Origin: Promethearchaeati archaeon SRVP18_Atabeyarchaeia-1 | GTDB taxonomy: Archaea > Asgardarchaeota > Atabeyarchaeia > Atabeyarchaeales > Atabeyarchaeaceae | NCBI GenBank assembly: GCA_037308085.1 | Contig: CP147779.1 | Coordinates: 960,001 to 1,024,000, forward strand | DNA: 64,000 nt | Direction: 5' to 3' | In this document: positions 38,659 to 49,335 of the stretch, piece by piece | Numbering within the stretch: the first letter of the stretch is position 1 | Layout: each line of letters starts with the position of its first letter | Translations under genes and position numbers: made by a program | The notes under the pieces: generated by a model | What the model was told of the DNA's origin: nothing | Database searches by the model: none | What the model saw: only the letters and a program-made list of their open reading frames with translations

Positions 38659-40581
38659 TTGTCTGGAACCGATGATGAAGAATATTCCCTAAGGCGCGAG
38701 GTAGGCTGGTTCGGTTCCTTCTCCATGGGTTACGCCGACGTTGGTGCCGACATATACGTAGCCCTCGGATTGGTGGCACTGTACGCCGCTGGCGCAGCCC
38801 CAGTGGCATTCGGCATAGCGTCAATAACCTACATCTGTACGGCAATGGCCTATTCGGAACTCGCCTCGACATACCCGTACTCGGGCGGCGCCCACGTCTA
38901 TGCCATGAAAGCTTCAAACGATTTCGTGGGTTTCATAGCAGGATGGGCGGTAATGCTCGACTATACAATCGACATATCACTTTTCGCGCTGGCGACAGCC
39001 GGATACATCTCTTTCTTCATTCCGGGACTAGGGACCCTGTCAATAGCGATTTCCCTCTTTGGATTCCAAATCAGCATTCCATATGTGGGGTTGCTCGCTT
39101 TCTCGTTAGTGATGTTCCTTCTCGTAATCAATGTCATTGGAATACATGAGTCATCGACGCTAAATGTGGTTCTGGTGTCACTGGATCTCGTTATCGAGTC
39201 AATAGTCCTAATACTGGGTTTCGCGCTCTCATTCAACTCTTCAACTTTTGTTAGTCAGGTAACGACACCTGGAGCAAATGTGAAGTACCCAGAACTGTCA
39301 TATATCTTCGGCCAAGATGTGAGGGCAGAGAACTTCATCTATGGCGTAACGCTTGCTATGTCCAGTTTCATAGGGATCGAATCCATTGCTCAGGCAGCAG
39401 AGGAAACCAAGAAACCCCATAAATGGCTACCGAGAGCAAGCAAGCTCTCAATAGTTTCCGTCATAATATTCGCCGTGGGGCTTTCGACTCTCGCCATGGG
39501 TATGATTCCATGGGGCACTCTCGCTGGAAACAAGCTCAACCCAGTGGCCCTAATTGCAAGTAACATTCCTGTTGTGGGGTTTCTTCTCTCGATCTTAGTA
39601 GGGTTTACTGGAGTGGCAATTTGCTATGCATCAACTAACACCGGAATAATCGGCGTGTCGAGAATTGTCTTCTCCATGGGCCGTTATCAGCTGTTGCCCA
39701 GATGGTTCTACAAAGTACACCCGAGAACGAAGACACCCTACAGAACAATCATCATATTTGGACTAATAGGCGCCTCGATCGCTCTGGTAGGAGAGCTTCA
39801 GTTTGTTGCTGATCTGTACAACTTTGGCGCGCTACTTTCCTACATCATAGTCAACATTTCCTTGATAATCCTTAGAAATAGAGACAAAGAAGCCTACAGG
39901 CCTTGGAAAGTTCCGCTGGGCATAAAGATAAAGATCGGAGGGAGAAGGATGCTACTTCCGATCGTGTCAGTCATCGGAGCAATTAGTTGCACCATAATAT
40001 GGCTCTTAGTCGTGACATATCACCCAGCCGGAAGACTGTTCGGCACGACATGGATTCTCATAGGCATAATCGGATACATAGCCTACAGGAAGCACGTTGG
40101 TCTTCCTGCTTTCAAAGCAACAATGGGCAAGAAAATCCGTCCCGGCGCCTATCTCATGAATGCGCTGGTCTTGATCAGGCTTCCCGAAGACGAGGAGATA
40201 GTTCTCTCGACAATCAAGAAAAACTTGGACCTGCGCCTGTCGATAACTCTCTGCAATTTGGTGGATCCAGACGAGTACGGATTGGTCATGGACAACGTCA
40301 AATCGTATTCAATACTGAGATCGCTTGAAGAGGAGAGCATACTAGAAGTGAAAAGGATGACCAAGAAGCTGAAGAAGATGGGATACAGGTCTCGTGGCAA
40401 GGTTCTAGTCGGCCATGCTGATGATGTGCTGGACAAAGAAGCCCAGTCGGACGATAATGATCTGGTAGTTCTGATCAAGAGAAGGGCTGGGAAAGCAGGA
40501 ATGGAGAAGCACATGACTGAAGCATTCAGCGTCGCATCCAAGTATCCAGGAAAAGTAATGATTATTCGGAGGCAAGACTAA
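38659..40581 (+). CDS. APC-family amino-acid permease with C-terminal USP-like domain
   Basis: GADIY..LG, ELAS.YP.SGG, GIESIAQAAEE, about 12 TM helices and a soluble tail. Confidence 0.88.
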   Translation: MSGTDDEEYSLRREVGWFGSFSMGYADVGADIYVALGLVALYAAGAAPVAFGIASITYICTAMAYSELASTYPYSGGAHVYAMKASNDFVGFIAGWAVMLDYTIDISLFALATAGYISFFIPGLGTLSIAISLFGFQISIPYVGLLAFSLVMFLLVINVIGIHESSTLNVVLVSLDLVIESIVLILGFALSFNSSTFVSQVTTPGANVKYPELSYIFGQDVRAENFIYGVTLAMSSFIGIESIAQAAEETKKPHKWLPRASKLSIVSVIIFAVGLSTLAMGMIPWGTLAGNKLNPVALIASNIPVVGFLLSILVGFTGVAICYASTNTGIIGVSRIVFSMGRYQLLPRWFYKVHPRTKTPYRTIIIFGLIGASIALVGELQFVADLYNFGALLSYIIVNISLIILRNRDKEAYRPWKVPLGIKIKIGGRRMLLPIVSVIGAISCTIIWLLVVTYHPAGRLFGTTWILIGIIGYIAYRKHVGLPAFKATMGKKIRPGAYLMNALVLIRLPEDEEIVLSTIKKNLDLRLSITLCNLVDPDEYGLVMDNVKSYSILRSLEEESILEVKRMTKKLKKMGYRSRGKVLVGHADDVLDKEAQSDDNDLVVLIKRRAGKAGMEKHMTEAFSVASKYPGKVMIIRRQD

Positions 40582-40626
40582 TATCGTTTATAGATCAGAT
40601 AGAACCAATATACACAAAGAAGATTC

Positions 40627-40920
40627 TTGAAGGGGTTGAGACTGCAATTGCCAAAAGGGATCTTGTCTATCATCAACATATTCGTTGAATCTAAGATGCT
40701 TGATAATGTCGTCAAGAGTGTATTGGAACTCCCTGAAGTGACAGACGTCTTCGAGGTCACAGGCGAATACGATGTCGTTGTCTTGGTCAGAACCAAAGAC
40801 ATACTTGAGTTCCGCTCGCTCATTAAGAACAGGATCTTGAAGATACCTGGGATAAGAAGCACCGTTACGGCAGTCGTGTTGTATGCACACAAGATGGGAG
40901 GCCAAATCGTCTCGGAGTGA
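40627..40920 (+). CDS. Stand-alone Lrp/AsnC ligand-binding (RAM) domain protein
   Basis: PEV..VFEVTGEYDVVV...IPGI..T.T. Confidence 0.85.
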   Translation: MKGLRLQLPKGILSIINIFVESKMLDNVVKSVLELPEVTDVFEVTGEYDVVVLVRTKDILEFRSLIKNRILKIPGIRSTVTAVVLYAHKMGGQIVSE

Positions 40921-40944
40921 TATGCCTGTTTAGTTGGTGAACTA

Positions 40945-41445
40945 ATGGGCGCAGAAGGTGAGGAAAAACTGGTTGCTGATCAAGGAGATGAGCATGCAAA
41001 CAAGATTCTGATCCCGCTAGGGCCTACATTAGACAAACCTAAGATGGCTGCTGCATTACAGGCGTTGTCATCCTTCAGGAACCCACTTCTCGTGCTATTC
41101 CACGTGATTGAACTTCCAAGTAGAACCGCGCCCTTGGATTCAGCTTATTATGATAGTGAGTTCAAGGAAGCCGAGAAAAAGTACCTGCTTGATGCCACAC
41201 GATGGCTTAAGGATCAAGGGTATCATGTGCAGACCAAGGTTGCTGTCGCTCGGGAGGTCACCGACGGGATCATCGTAGAAGCAAACAACGGCGAATATGT
41301 TGCCGTGCTGCTTCTGAAGAGACGAGCTGAGAAGGGTTTCCTGCGACGGCACAGGAGTGTCAGTGAAAAGGTCTCAAGGTATGTGGAGTGTCTCGTCATA
41401 ACCCAGCTCGTTGGAGAAGCAGAAAAACAGCGGTCTATCCACTAG
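40945..41445 (+). CDS. Universal stress protein-like
   Basis: KILIP, LFHVIE, VAREV..GI..EA, SVS.KV. Confidence 0.75.
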   Translation: MGAEGEEKLVADQGDEHANKILIPLGPTLDKPKMAAALQALSSFRNPLLVLFHVIELPSRTAPLDSAYYDSEFKEAEKKYLLDATRWLKDQGYHVQTKVAVAREVTDGIIVEANNGEYVAVLLLKRRAEKGFLRRHRSVSEKVSRYVECLVITQLVGEAEKQRSIH

Positions 41446-41449
41446 ACAG

Positions 41450-42433
41450 CTATCGTGGGGGTTGCGTTTTTCCCTCGGTGAGCTGCTCCTTCATCCAAGT
41501 TATGTAGTGCTGGATCCCTCTTCTCGTATCGACTTTGGGTTGCCATCCGGTACGCATTATTCTTGTCGTGTCCAAGAGCATGTCGGTGACATCGCCGAGC
41601 CAGCCAGCTTTTCCGCCCGTATAGGATAGCTCAACACCAGAGATACCGAGTTGTTCAATTACTATATCTGCAATCTCGTTAACTTCGATTTGTTCATTTG
41701 ATCCAATGTTGAAAGCCTCGAACCCCTTTCCATTATGTCTTTCGGCGGCATGCATTGATGCATCAATGCAATCACTTATGTAGAGATATGATTTCTTTTG
41801 TTTGCCGTCACCCAGTATCTCAAGTCTCCTAGGATCTCTCTTCAGTTTCATGAAGAAATCGTAGACGACTCCGTGGTTGGACCTGTCACCGAATATGTTG
41901 GCGTACCGGAGTGACACGCATTTAATCCCGTAGCAGGATGAGTAAGCCATCATATACGTCTCGCAGGCGCTCTTTGATGCGCCGTAGTTACTTATTGGTG
42001 CGATAGGACAGCTTTCCGGCGTAGGCATGACGCTGGCTTGTCCGTAGACTGTGCTTGTCGAGGCAAAAATGAATAATGGTGCTCCTCCTTTTCTGACGCC
42101 CTCCAAGACATTCAAGGTTCCTTTGACGTTGGTTTCGAAATCTTCGAGCGGTTGCGTTAGACTTAGCCTCACGTCAGGTTGCGCGGCGAAATGAAAGACC
42201 GCATCCTTTTCGGAACACAGCTTCGCCACGGTTTTGACGTCTTTCACATCCCCCTTGACAAATCTCAGCCTTTTCCTCTCAATGTGCTGCTTAACGTACT
42301 CCAGGGTCGATGATGACAGGTTATCCAGAATAGTGACTTCATTTTCCTTGCCAATTAGAGCATCAACCAAGTGGCTTCCAATGAAACCGCATCCCCCGGT
42401 AACGAGAACCCTCTTTCCTTCAACCTTCTCCAT
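41450..42433 (-). CDS. NAD-dependent epimerase/dehydratase (UDP-glucose 4-epimerase-like)
   Basis: TGGCGFIGSHL, YGASK, RYANIFG. Confidence 0.9.
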   Translation of the reverse strand: MEKVEGKRVLVTGGCGFIGSHLVDALIGKENEVTILDNLSSSTLEYVKQHIERKRLRFVKGDVKDVKTVAKLCSEKDAVFHFAAQPDVRLSLTQPLEDFETNVKGTLNVLEGVRKGGAPLFIFASTSTVYGQASVMPTPESCPIAPISNYGASKSACETYMMAYSSCYGIKCVSLRYANIFGDRSNHGVVYDFFMKLKRDPRRLEILGDGKQKKSYLYISDCIDASMHAAERHNGKGFEAFNIGSNEQIEVNEIADIVIEQLGISGVELSYTGGKAGWLGDVTDMLLDTTRIMRTGWQPKVDTRRGIQHYITWMKEQLTEGKTQPPR

Positions 42434-42513
42434 TCTTCCTGCACCAACATCAATCTCTTCTCAGTTTGAGAATTGATGAATCAGGCTATAAACGCTACTG
42501 CTTCAGAATCCGC

Positions 42514-43455
42514 TTACGAATCAAGAGCCATTCTTCTGGAATTCACGAAGTGCCAGAACTCCTCGGTGAGATCGCGGGGAGCCCCACTCTTTGAAGCATC
42601 GACCCTTCTCCGCGCTAGGAACAGTCTTCTGCTTGCGTCCAAGTCGCTAAAGTGAATGGCTTTTACCAGATTATTCTTTGTTGCTTTCGTCGCCGCGATC
42701 GAAGACACTATGCTGATGCCGATCCCCTGTTGCACAGCGCTCGTTATGGCTTCAGTGCTACCAAGTTGCACAACTGTGTTCAGCTGACTCCAACTGAGGC
42801 CAGCTCTGCTCAGCATATTTTCAATTTCTCTGCGCGTGCCTGAGCCTGCCTCCCTGGAGACGAACGGATGCTTCAATACTTCCCTTATACTGATTCTGTT
42901 CCTCGATGCGAGGGCGCTGTCAATTGGGACTATGAGAACAAGCTCCTCTGTTGCGATCTCGGCTATTTCGTATGGCCGTAGATCGTCAACTAGTGTTCCC
43001 ACAGCCGCGAAATCTGCCTCGTTGTCCTTCAATTGGCTCCAAGCTTCGCGACTATCGACGACTTTTACCTCAAAGTTGACACTCGGGCGAATCGCTCTGA
43101 ACTGCTTTATCATAGCTGGAAGCAGGTACTCGCCAGGAATCGTGCTTGCAGCGATCTCTATGGTGTTATCGGCAAAGCCCTTTGCGGTCTCTACTTCTTG
43201 GCGAAGCCTACTCTCAACGGCGAGTATCTCGTATGCCCTTCTCAGAACAAGCTCGCCAGTCGATGTAAGTCTTACACTCTCGGTTCCCCTCTCCAGAAGC
43301 CTTCCTCGGTAGATCCTCTCTAAGGTGGCCACATGCTGACTTATGGCACCTTGAGACAAGCCTACCTTCTTGGCGGCCTTTGAGAAACTCTTTTCCTCGC
43401 AGACGGCAATGAACGAATTATAGAACTCAAGTCTCAAGGACAAGCTATCAGACAT
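42514..43455 (-). CDS. LysR-family transcriptional regulator (CysL / selenium-associated-like)
   Basis: SFSKAA...SQ.AIS HTH, ASTIPGEY.LP, REAGSGTR. Confidence 0.88.
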   Translation of the reverse strand: MSDSLSLRLEFYNSFIAVCEEKSFSKAAKKVGLSQGAISQHVATLERIYRGRLLERGTESVRLTSTGELVLRRAYEILAVESRLRQEVETAKGFADNTIEIAASTIPGEYLLPAMIKQFRAIRPSVNFEVKVVDSREAWSQLKDNEADFAAVGTLVDDLRPYEIAEIATEELVLIVPIDSALASRNRISIREVLKHPFVSREAGSGTRREIENMLSRAGLSWSQLNTVVQLGSTEAITSAVQQGIGISIVSSIAATKATKNNLVKAIHFSDLDASRRLFLARRRVDASKSGAPRDLTEEFWHFVNSRRMALDS

Positions 43456-43514
43456 GCCGGATCAACCTGCGAAATGACAATTTCCCAGAATCGGTCTCTT
43501 CAGTCGTGACTAGC

Positions 43515-43784
43515 CTAGCAGGGCAGATCCGCTTCATCGGCGCTCCGTATTCCCTGACCGGATTTCCTTCTGATGACTATCCTGTAAGTCCCTTTTTCCT
43601 CCTCAACCTTCAGAGTCTCATTTCCGGTTCTCTCGGCAAGTTGCCGTATGTTATCTTTCGACTGTGGAAAGTCACTAAGGACCTCAAGGACTTCGCCTTC
43701 GCTCATCGATTCTAGCTTTCTCTTCGTCAATAGCAGAGGGATTGGACAGATCTTACCTCTGACGTCAAGCGTTTCCCTTTTCAT
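43515..43784 (-). CDS. TusA/SirA-family sulfur carrier
   Basis: LDVRGKICPIP motif. Confidence 0.9.
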   Translation of the reverse strand: MKRETLDVRGKICPIPLLLTKRKLESMSEGEVLEVLSDFPQSKDNIRQLAERTGNETLKVEEEKGTYRIVIRRKSGQGIRSADEADLPC

Positions 43785-43922
43785 CGATGATGCCCCTAGG
43801 TAGCCCTATTAGCTTACTTCATTAACGCAGCACAAAACCTAATAGAACAAGATTGGCAACTTGGCAATAAATATCTTTGTCTCCATGTCAAAACAGAGAC
43901 AGCGAAAACTGTCTCTCCTTTT

Positions 43923-44450
43923 TCAACCCTGGTCTTTCTCGAGTAATCCTACGTTATCGAGGAGCCTTTTCAGAGTTTCATCAAGCGCCTCATGAATTAC
44001 TCTTGTCCCTGCTAGCACCTCCATGAAGCCGGTTTCACTTGAGTATCGAGGTACCATGTGCGCATGCAGGTGCGAGACGCTGGCGCCAGCGGCGCGGCCT
44101 TGGTTTATTCCCATGTTAATTCCCTCAGGGGCGTACGTCTTCTCAATTAGAATAGAACTTCTCTTGATTAGCTTGAAAAACGAGGCGAGAGCCGTATCAC
44201 CAAGCTCTGAGAGCTTCTCAACGTGGTTCTTCGGAAAGATGAGCAGATGACCAGGGTTGTACGGGAACCTATTCAGAACAACCATGTTCTCCTTATCATC
44301 GAATACCACTCTAGTTTCGACTTGCTTGTCTCTTCTCGCCATAGCGCACAGCAGACAGTCAACCTTCGGTCTATCAAGTCCTCTGGAATACCTAGCTTTC
44401 TCAGGGACAGATATGTACGATCGAAACCGATTCTCACCCATGAACCTCAC
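43923..44450 (-). CDS. HIT-family nucleotide hydrolase
   Basis: CLLC, NRFPYNPGH, HLHAHMVPR. Confidence 0.9.
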   Translation of the reverse strand: MRFMGENRFRSYISVPEKARYSRGLDRPKVDCLLCAMARRDKQVETRVVFDDKENMVVLNRFPYNPGHLLIFPKNHVEKLSELGDTALASFFKLIKRSSILIEKTYAPEGINMGINQGRAAGASVSHLHAHMVPRYSSETGFMEVLAGTRVIHEALDETLKRLLDNVGLLEKDQG

Positions 44451-44539
44451 CAGCTATCAACGGAATAATGAAATATGAATCTCGAATAATAAGTTAACTA
44501 CTGACCCATCATGCTGTCACTTAAGAACGGGTGCCGACG

Positions 44540-44574
44540 AAAAAGAAGAAAAACTCTCCTCCAAAAAAGGAGGA
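44540..44574 (-). terminator. Putative terminator after the thermosome genes
   Basis: TCCTCC/GGAGGA stem (44557-44574) followed on the - strand by GAGTTTTTCTTCTTTTT. Confidence 0.5.
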
Positions 44575-44618
44575 AGGTTTAGGGGTTATCTACTCTAAGC
44601 TGATTTCGGGCGTGTATC

Positions 44619-46286
44619 TCAGAATTCTCCGCCGCCCATTCCACCCATTCCTGGAGGCATTCCTCCGCCAGGACCACCAGGACCGCCGGGCATTCCGCCA
44701 GCCGTTGCCTTTGAAGCTATGACGTCGTCGATTTTGAGGATCATCTCTGCTACTTCTGACGCCGATTTTATCGCTTGCTCTGTGACTCTGAGTGGTTCTA
44801 TGACATTCTCCTTGAGCATATCAGCTGTTTTTCCTGTGAAGACGTTGACGCCGAACCATTTGTTTACGGGTTTCTCGTGCTTTGCTCTGAGATCCACTAG
44901 TATGTCGAGCTGGTCATAGCCACCGTTCTCCGCCAGTGTTTTGGGTATGACCTCCATGGCATCTGCGAAGGCTTCTATTGCAAGCTGCTCTTTTCCTCCA
45001 GCTTCGGCAAACCCCCTCAAGTGTTTGGATATCTCCATCTGAGGCGCTCCGCCGCCTGCTAGTATCTTTCCGTCTTCGATGGCGTCTCTTGTAACGCACA
45101 GAGCGTCATGCATTGAACGTTCTGCTTCGTCAACAACGTGTTCCGTCCCGCCTCTGATGAGGATGGTGACTGCCCGAGGTTCCTTGCACTCCCTGACATA
45201 CGTGAGTTTGTCCTCACCAATTCTGACTTCCTCGACTAGACCCGCTTCTCCAAGCTGGTCTGCGGACAAGTCGTCAAGGTTTGTGACTATTTTTCCGCCA
45301 GTCGCCTTGGCAAGCTTCTCCATGTCAGATTTCTTGGCTCTGCGGATGGCCATAATCTCTGCCTTTGCTAGGTAGTGCTGTGCTAGGTCGTCGATTCCTT
45401 TCTGGCAGATGACTACATTAGCCTCGGTTGCTGCAACCTTGTCGACCATTTCCTTGAGCATCTTTTCCTCTTCATCTAGGAAGGCTTTCATCTGGGACGG
45501 ATCAGTTATTCTGATCTCGGCATCCATCTCTGTTTTCTCGATTTCTAAGGGTGCATCGAGTAGCGCTATTCTTGCATTCTTGATTCTCTTTGGCATTCTC
45601 GCATGGACGACTTCCTTGTCGATAATCATGCCATTTACGAGCTCTGTCTCAAACAGGCTCTTGCCCTGCTTCTTGATTACGTTGATCAGTTCGATGTCGG
45701 CTCTGATCTTGTCTCCACGTTTCTCTGCGATTGCTGAAACAGCATCGACTGCTATTTGTCCGAAGTGTTCCCTTGCACCAGTCACTCCCTTCGTGTTTAG
45801 GGATGTCATGGCTACCTTCTTAAGAGCGTCTTTGTCTTCAGGTTCAATTGGTATAGCGATGCTTTCAATGTACTTGCATGATTCGTCAGCGGCTTTCTTA
45901 TAACCTGAAACTATTGTTATCGGGTGGATGTCCTTATCAAGCAGCTCTTCCGCTTTTCTTAGCAGTTCACCCGCGATAATCACTGCTGTAGTGGTCCCGT
46001 CACCAACTTCATCATCTTGGGTTTTTGCAACCTCAACGATCATCTTTGCCGCTGGATGTTGCACATCTATTTCCTTAAGTATTGTTGCTCCGTCGTTCGT
46101 TAGTGTCACATCTCCAAGGCTGTCGACAAGCATCTTGTCCATTCCACGCGGACCAAGTGAAGTTTTTATTGCCTCTGCTATGACTTTTGCAGCTAGGATG
46201 TTTGAAGACTGGGCATCCCTGCCACGGTTTCTGCTTGTTCCCTCCTTTAGGATCAAGACAGGAGTTCCACCAAGTTGTGCAGACAT
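44619..46286 (-). CDS. Thermosome (group II chaperonin) subunit with GGM-rich tail
   Basis: [24 protein letters not shown]. Confidence 0.96.
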   Translation of the reverse strand: MSAQLGGTPVLILKEGTSRNRGRDAQSSNILAAKVIAEAIKTSLGPRGMDKMLVDSLGDVTLTNDGATILKEIDVQHPAAKMIVEVAKTQDDEVGDGTTTAVIIAGELLRKAEELLDKDIHPITIVSGYKKAADESCKYIESIAIPIEPEDKDALKKVAMTSLNTKGVTGAREHFGQIAVDAVSAIAEKRGDKIRADIELINVIKKQGKSLFETELVNGMIIDKEVVHARMPKRIKNARIALLDAPLEIEKTEMDAEIRITDPSQMKAFLDEEEKMLKEMVDKVAATEANVVICQKGIDDLAQHYLAKAEIMAIRRAKKSDMEKLAKATGGKIVTNLDDLSADQLGEAGLVEEVRIGEDKLTYVRECKEPRAVTILIRGGTEHVVDEAERSMHDALCVTRDAIEDGKILAGGGAPQMEISKHLRGFAEAGGKEQLAIEAFADAMEVIPKTLAENGGYDQLDILVDLRAKHEKPVNKWFGVNVFTGKTADMLKENVIEPLRVTEQAIKSASEVAEMILKIDDVIASKATAGGMPGGPGGPGGGMPPGMGGMGGGEF

Positions 46287-46319
46287 TCTATATCACACTC
46301 CTAATTCCCTAGTATTGAT

Positions 46320-47969
46320 CTAGTCTTCTTCTCCTCCGGCTCCGCCCGCTGGGGGTTTCCCTGCCCCGCCAGGACCTCTGGTCTTGCCTGACGCTATTAC
46401 ATCGTCTATTCTGAGTATCATCTCTGCAGCTTCAGTTGCTGACTTTAGAGACTGCAATTTGACTCTCAGCGGTTCCAGTACGTTTAGCTCTTCCATGTCA
46501 GCTATCTTGTCTTGTTCTCCCAAGACGTTGACGCCAGCCCATTTTTCGCCCTTGTCGTGTCGTTTCCTGAGCTCACCCATGACTTCTAGCACGTCAAATC
46601 CGGCATTCTCAGCGAGGGTCCTCGGGATTACCTCGGTAGCATTTGCGAAAGCTCTTACGGCCAGTTGTTCTCTCCCTGTAAGCGTGTCGGCGTATTGTCT
46701 GAGTTGCCTTGAAACCTCTATCTCAGGCGCTCCTCCGCCTGGGACCATCTTCCCATCTTCAATGGCGTCTCTCACAACACAGACGGAGTCGTGGAAAGCT
46801 CTTTCAGCTTCGGCAACGATTCTCTCCGTGCCACCTCGAATCAACACGTTTACAGCCTTCGGGGACTTACACCCCTCTATGAAAGTCATCTTGTCGTCTC
46901 CGACCTTACGCTCTTCAACACTCTCAGCGTAGCCCAGATCTTCACTCGTCAAGTCCTCCATTGTGTTAGCGGTCTTTGCCCCTGTTGCCTTAGCGAGTTT
47001 CTCCATGTCAGACTCCTTGATCCTGCGGATCGCGACGATGCCTTCCTTAGCAAGATAGTGCTGCGCTACATCGTCTATTCCTTTCTGGCAGAGAACGACG
47101 TTTGCTCCGACTTCCTTGATCTTGTCGACCATACCTCTCAGTATGTTCGTTTCCTCATCTAGGAATGAGCGCATCTTTGTCGGATCTGTGATGTTTATCT
47201 TTGCTGTAACCTCTGTCTTCTCAACCTCGAGCGGGCAGGTGAGTAGCGCTATTTTGGCGTCCTTGACGAGCTTTGGCATTCCCGGGTGAACAACTTCCTT
47301 GTCCAGTATGATTCCGTTGATTAGTGTAGTCTCTCCGGTCGATCCGCCCTGCTTCTTGTCGACTTTGACGAAGTTTATATCCGCCTTCAGTGTCCCATCG
47401 ACTTTCTCAGTTATCTGCTTCAAGGCTTTTACAGCCAAGTCCGCTAGGAATTCAGCAGATCCTGAGACGACTTTGCTTCTCATCGAGGTTACTGCTATCT
47501 TCTTCAGCCCGTCGACGTCCTCGAAGTCCACTGGCAAAGCGATTTTATCAAGAATCTCGAGGGACTTTGTCAAGCCCTTCCTGTAGCCGTCTAGGACCAC
47601 GGTTGGGTGTATCCCCATGTTCATGAGTTCTTCAGCTTCCCTAAGCAGCGCGGCAGACAATACCACCGCCGATGTGGTTCCATCTCCAACCTCATTGTCG
47701 ACTGATTTGGCAACTTGAACCATCATCTTTGCTGCAGGGTGCTGAACGTCCATCTCTTTCAGTATCGTTGCCCCATCGTTTGTCACTGTTACGTCGCCCA
47801 TTGTATCTACAAGCATCTTGTCCATGCCTTTTGGACCAAGAGATGTCTTAATCATCTCTCCGATGACGCGGGCAGCCATTATGTTGGATCGCTGTGCGTC
47901 TCTTCCCATGCTCCTGTTCGAACCCTCCTTGAGTATGAGAACAGGAGTTCCTTCTCTTGTCTGACTCAT
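46320..47969 (-). CDS. Thermosome (group II chaperonin) subunit, second paralog
   Basis: [24 protein letters not shown]. Confidence 0.96.
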   Translation of the reverse strand: MSQTREGTPVLILKEGSNRSMGRDAQRSNIMAARVIGEMIKTSLGPKGMDKMLVDTMGDVTVTNDGATILKEMDVQHPAAKMMVQVAKSVDNEVGDGTTSAVVLSAALLREAEELMNMGIHPTVVLDGYRKGLTKSLEILDKIALPVDFEDVDGLKKIAVTSMRSKVVSGSAEFLADLAVKALKQITEKVDGTLKADINFVKVDKKQGGSTGETTLINGIILDKEVVHPGMPKLVKDAKIALLTCPLEVEKTEVTAKINITDPTKMRSFLDEETNILRGMVDKIKEVGANVVLCQKGIDDVAQHYLAKEGIVAIRRIKESDMEKLAKATGAKTANTMEDLTSEDLGYAESVEERKVGDDKMTFIEGCKSPKAVNVLIRGGTERIVAEAERAFHDSVCVVRDAIEDGKMVPGGGAPEIEVSRQLRQYADTLTGREQLAVRAFANATEVIPRTLAENAGFDVLEVMGELRKRHDKGEKWAGVNVLGEQDKIADMEELNVLEPLRVKLQSLKSATEAAEMILRIDDVIASGKTRGPGGAGKPPAGGAGGEED

Positions 47970-48183
47970 ATGATTCTTTACACCTCTGTATTCACTTATT
48001 CAAACTTAGAACTGAATAGGAACCGAAAACTGTACCTTCGTCCTCTTACTCCGTTATGCATCGAGATAGCGACTAAAACTTCTATATAAATCTTGTGTCA
48101 AGACGGCAAAATTATCAAACCCGGAGATCCTCGGAGAAGGAAGTGCAGCTGCCTTGAGCTGCGGAGAGTTACAGCGTCGCTTT

Positions 48184-48744
48184 CTACTTCGCGCTCTGGG
48201 AAGACAGCTCGGTGGCGATTGCCTCTAGGATGCAGCTCGCAGCCAACTCGAACACGGTTCTATTAGACGATATGTAACTTCCAGTGAGCTGTTTGCTCAG
48301 ATATGAATCTTCGTCGCCAGTCTCGGTGGACTTCGTCTTGATAACTAGGAGGGTATCTGCGGCTTCAGCCATCGGAGAGTCCTCCGAGGTTGTGATGGTG
48401 ACTATCCTTGCCCCAGCCTTCTCCTTAGCAATCTTGGCGGCCTCCAATACCAGAGGAGTCTTTCCCGAGCCCGTTATGGCAATAAAGAGATCTCCCTGCT
48501 CGACAGACGAGGTTATCGTCTCGCCTATCACAAAAACATTGTACGACAGTTCAGCCAGTCGCATCGCCAAAGCCCTGGCGACAAGCCCAGAGGGTCCCTC
48601 TCCCATTACGAATACCTTTCTGTTGTTCTTCTTCGCATCTCGGAGGAGGGTTACTATCTTATTGACCCGTTTTCCTTCAAGAGAGTTGATGGCATCCCTG
48701 ATTTCATTAAGTACGCCTTGCGCCAAGGTGAGAGATCCGTTCAA
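48184..48744 (-). CDS. SIS-domain sugar isomerase (6-phospho-3-hexuloisomerase-like)
   Basis: FVMGEG.SGLV, AMRL, GET.T, I.GSG.T, FE; the N-terminal half of the listed 358-aa ORF is antisense to another gene and probably not real. Confidence 0.8.
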   Translation of the reverse strand: MNGSLTLAQGVLNEIRDAINSLEGKRVNKIVTLLRDAKKNNRKVFVMGEGPSGLVARALAMRLAELSYNVFVIGETITSSVEQGDLFIAITGSGKTPLVLEAAKIAKEKAGARIVTITTSEDSPMAEAADTLLVIKTKSTETGDEDSYLSKQLTGSYISSNRTVFELAASCILEAIATELSSQSAK

Positions 48745-48979
48745 TGCAGGTTGCACCACACAAGCGTGATAATTTAAGCAGAATGACGTATGAACCTTCG
48801 TCGATGCCAGAGATAGGGGCGAGGTTGGTCTCGATCCATCACACCGCAGACCGATAGGGGTTTCAGATGATATAAGTCTGTCGAATTCAGTTCCTGGAAG
48901 TTGTTCTGCCTTCTTAGGAACCTTAATTAGAACGTAATCGCTCAATGCCATGAGAAATGTATGGAGCTGAAATGCAAAA

Positions 48980-49285
48980 ATGCCAGCTGAACCTGCAAGC
49001 GTGTCTGGGTCAAAAATGGTCAAGGTCGACGAAAAGCAGATTGAACTAGAAGTCCTTTCGGCCATCGAAGCCGAGGCCCATAGACCAGGCGCGATCGCAA
49101 ACATCCTGCGAGGTAAATACGATCGGAACACCATTGTGAAAACACTCGTAGCTCTTGAGAAGGATGGAAAAGCCCAGAGGGAAGGAGCGAAGGCCTGGAT
49201 AGCAAAAGGCAAGGCAGCAAGTAAGGCCAAGGACAGTAAGAAGGAGAAAGAGAAGACCAAGAAGGATCAGCAATCTAGTCCCTGA
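48980..49285 (+). CDS. Small basic winged-helix-like protein
   Basis: 101 aa, HTH-like core (RPGAIA...DRNTIVKTL..LE..G), Lys-rich tail. Confidence 0.6.
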   Translation: MPAEPASVSGSKMVKVDEKQIELEVLSAIEAEAHRPGAIANILRGKYDRNTIVKTLVALEKDGKAQREGAKAWIAKGKAASKAKDSKKEKEKTKKDQQSSP

Positions 49286-49335
49286 CGGGTGACCCATCTT
49301 TGTCAGCTGCCTGCTTCTTGCAGAGTCCCTCCTTT

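Noticed and set aside
48745-49260. Long N-terminal extension of the 358-aa ORF 48184-49260
   Set aside because: It is antisense to the 48980-49285 gene and crosses a promoter-like spacer; SIS homology begins near 48744.
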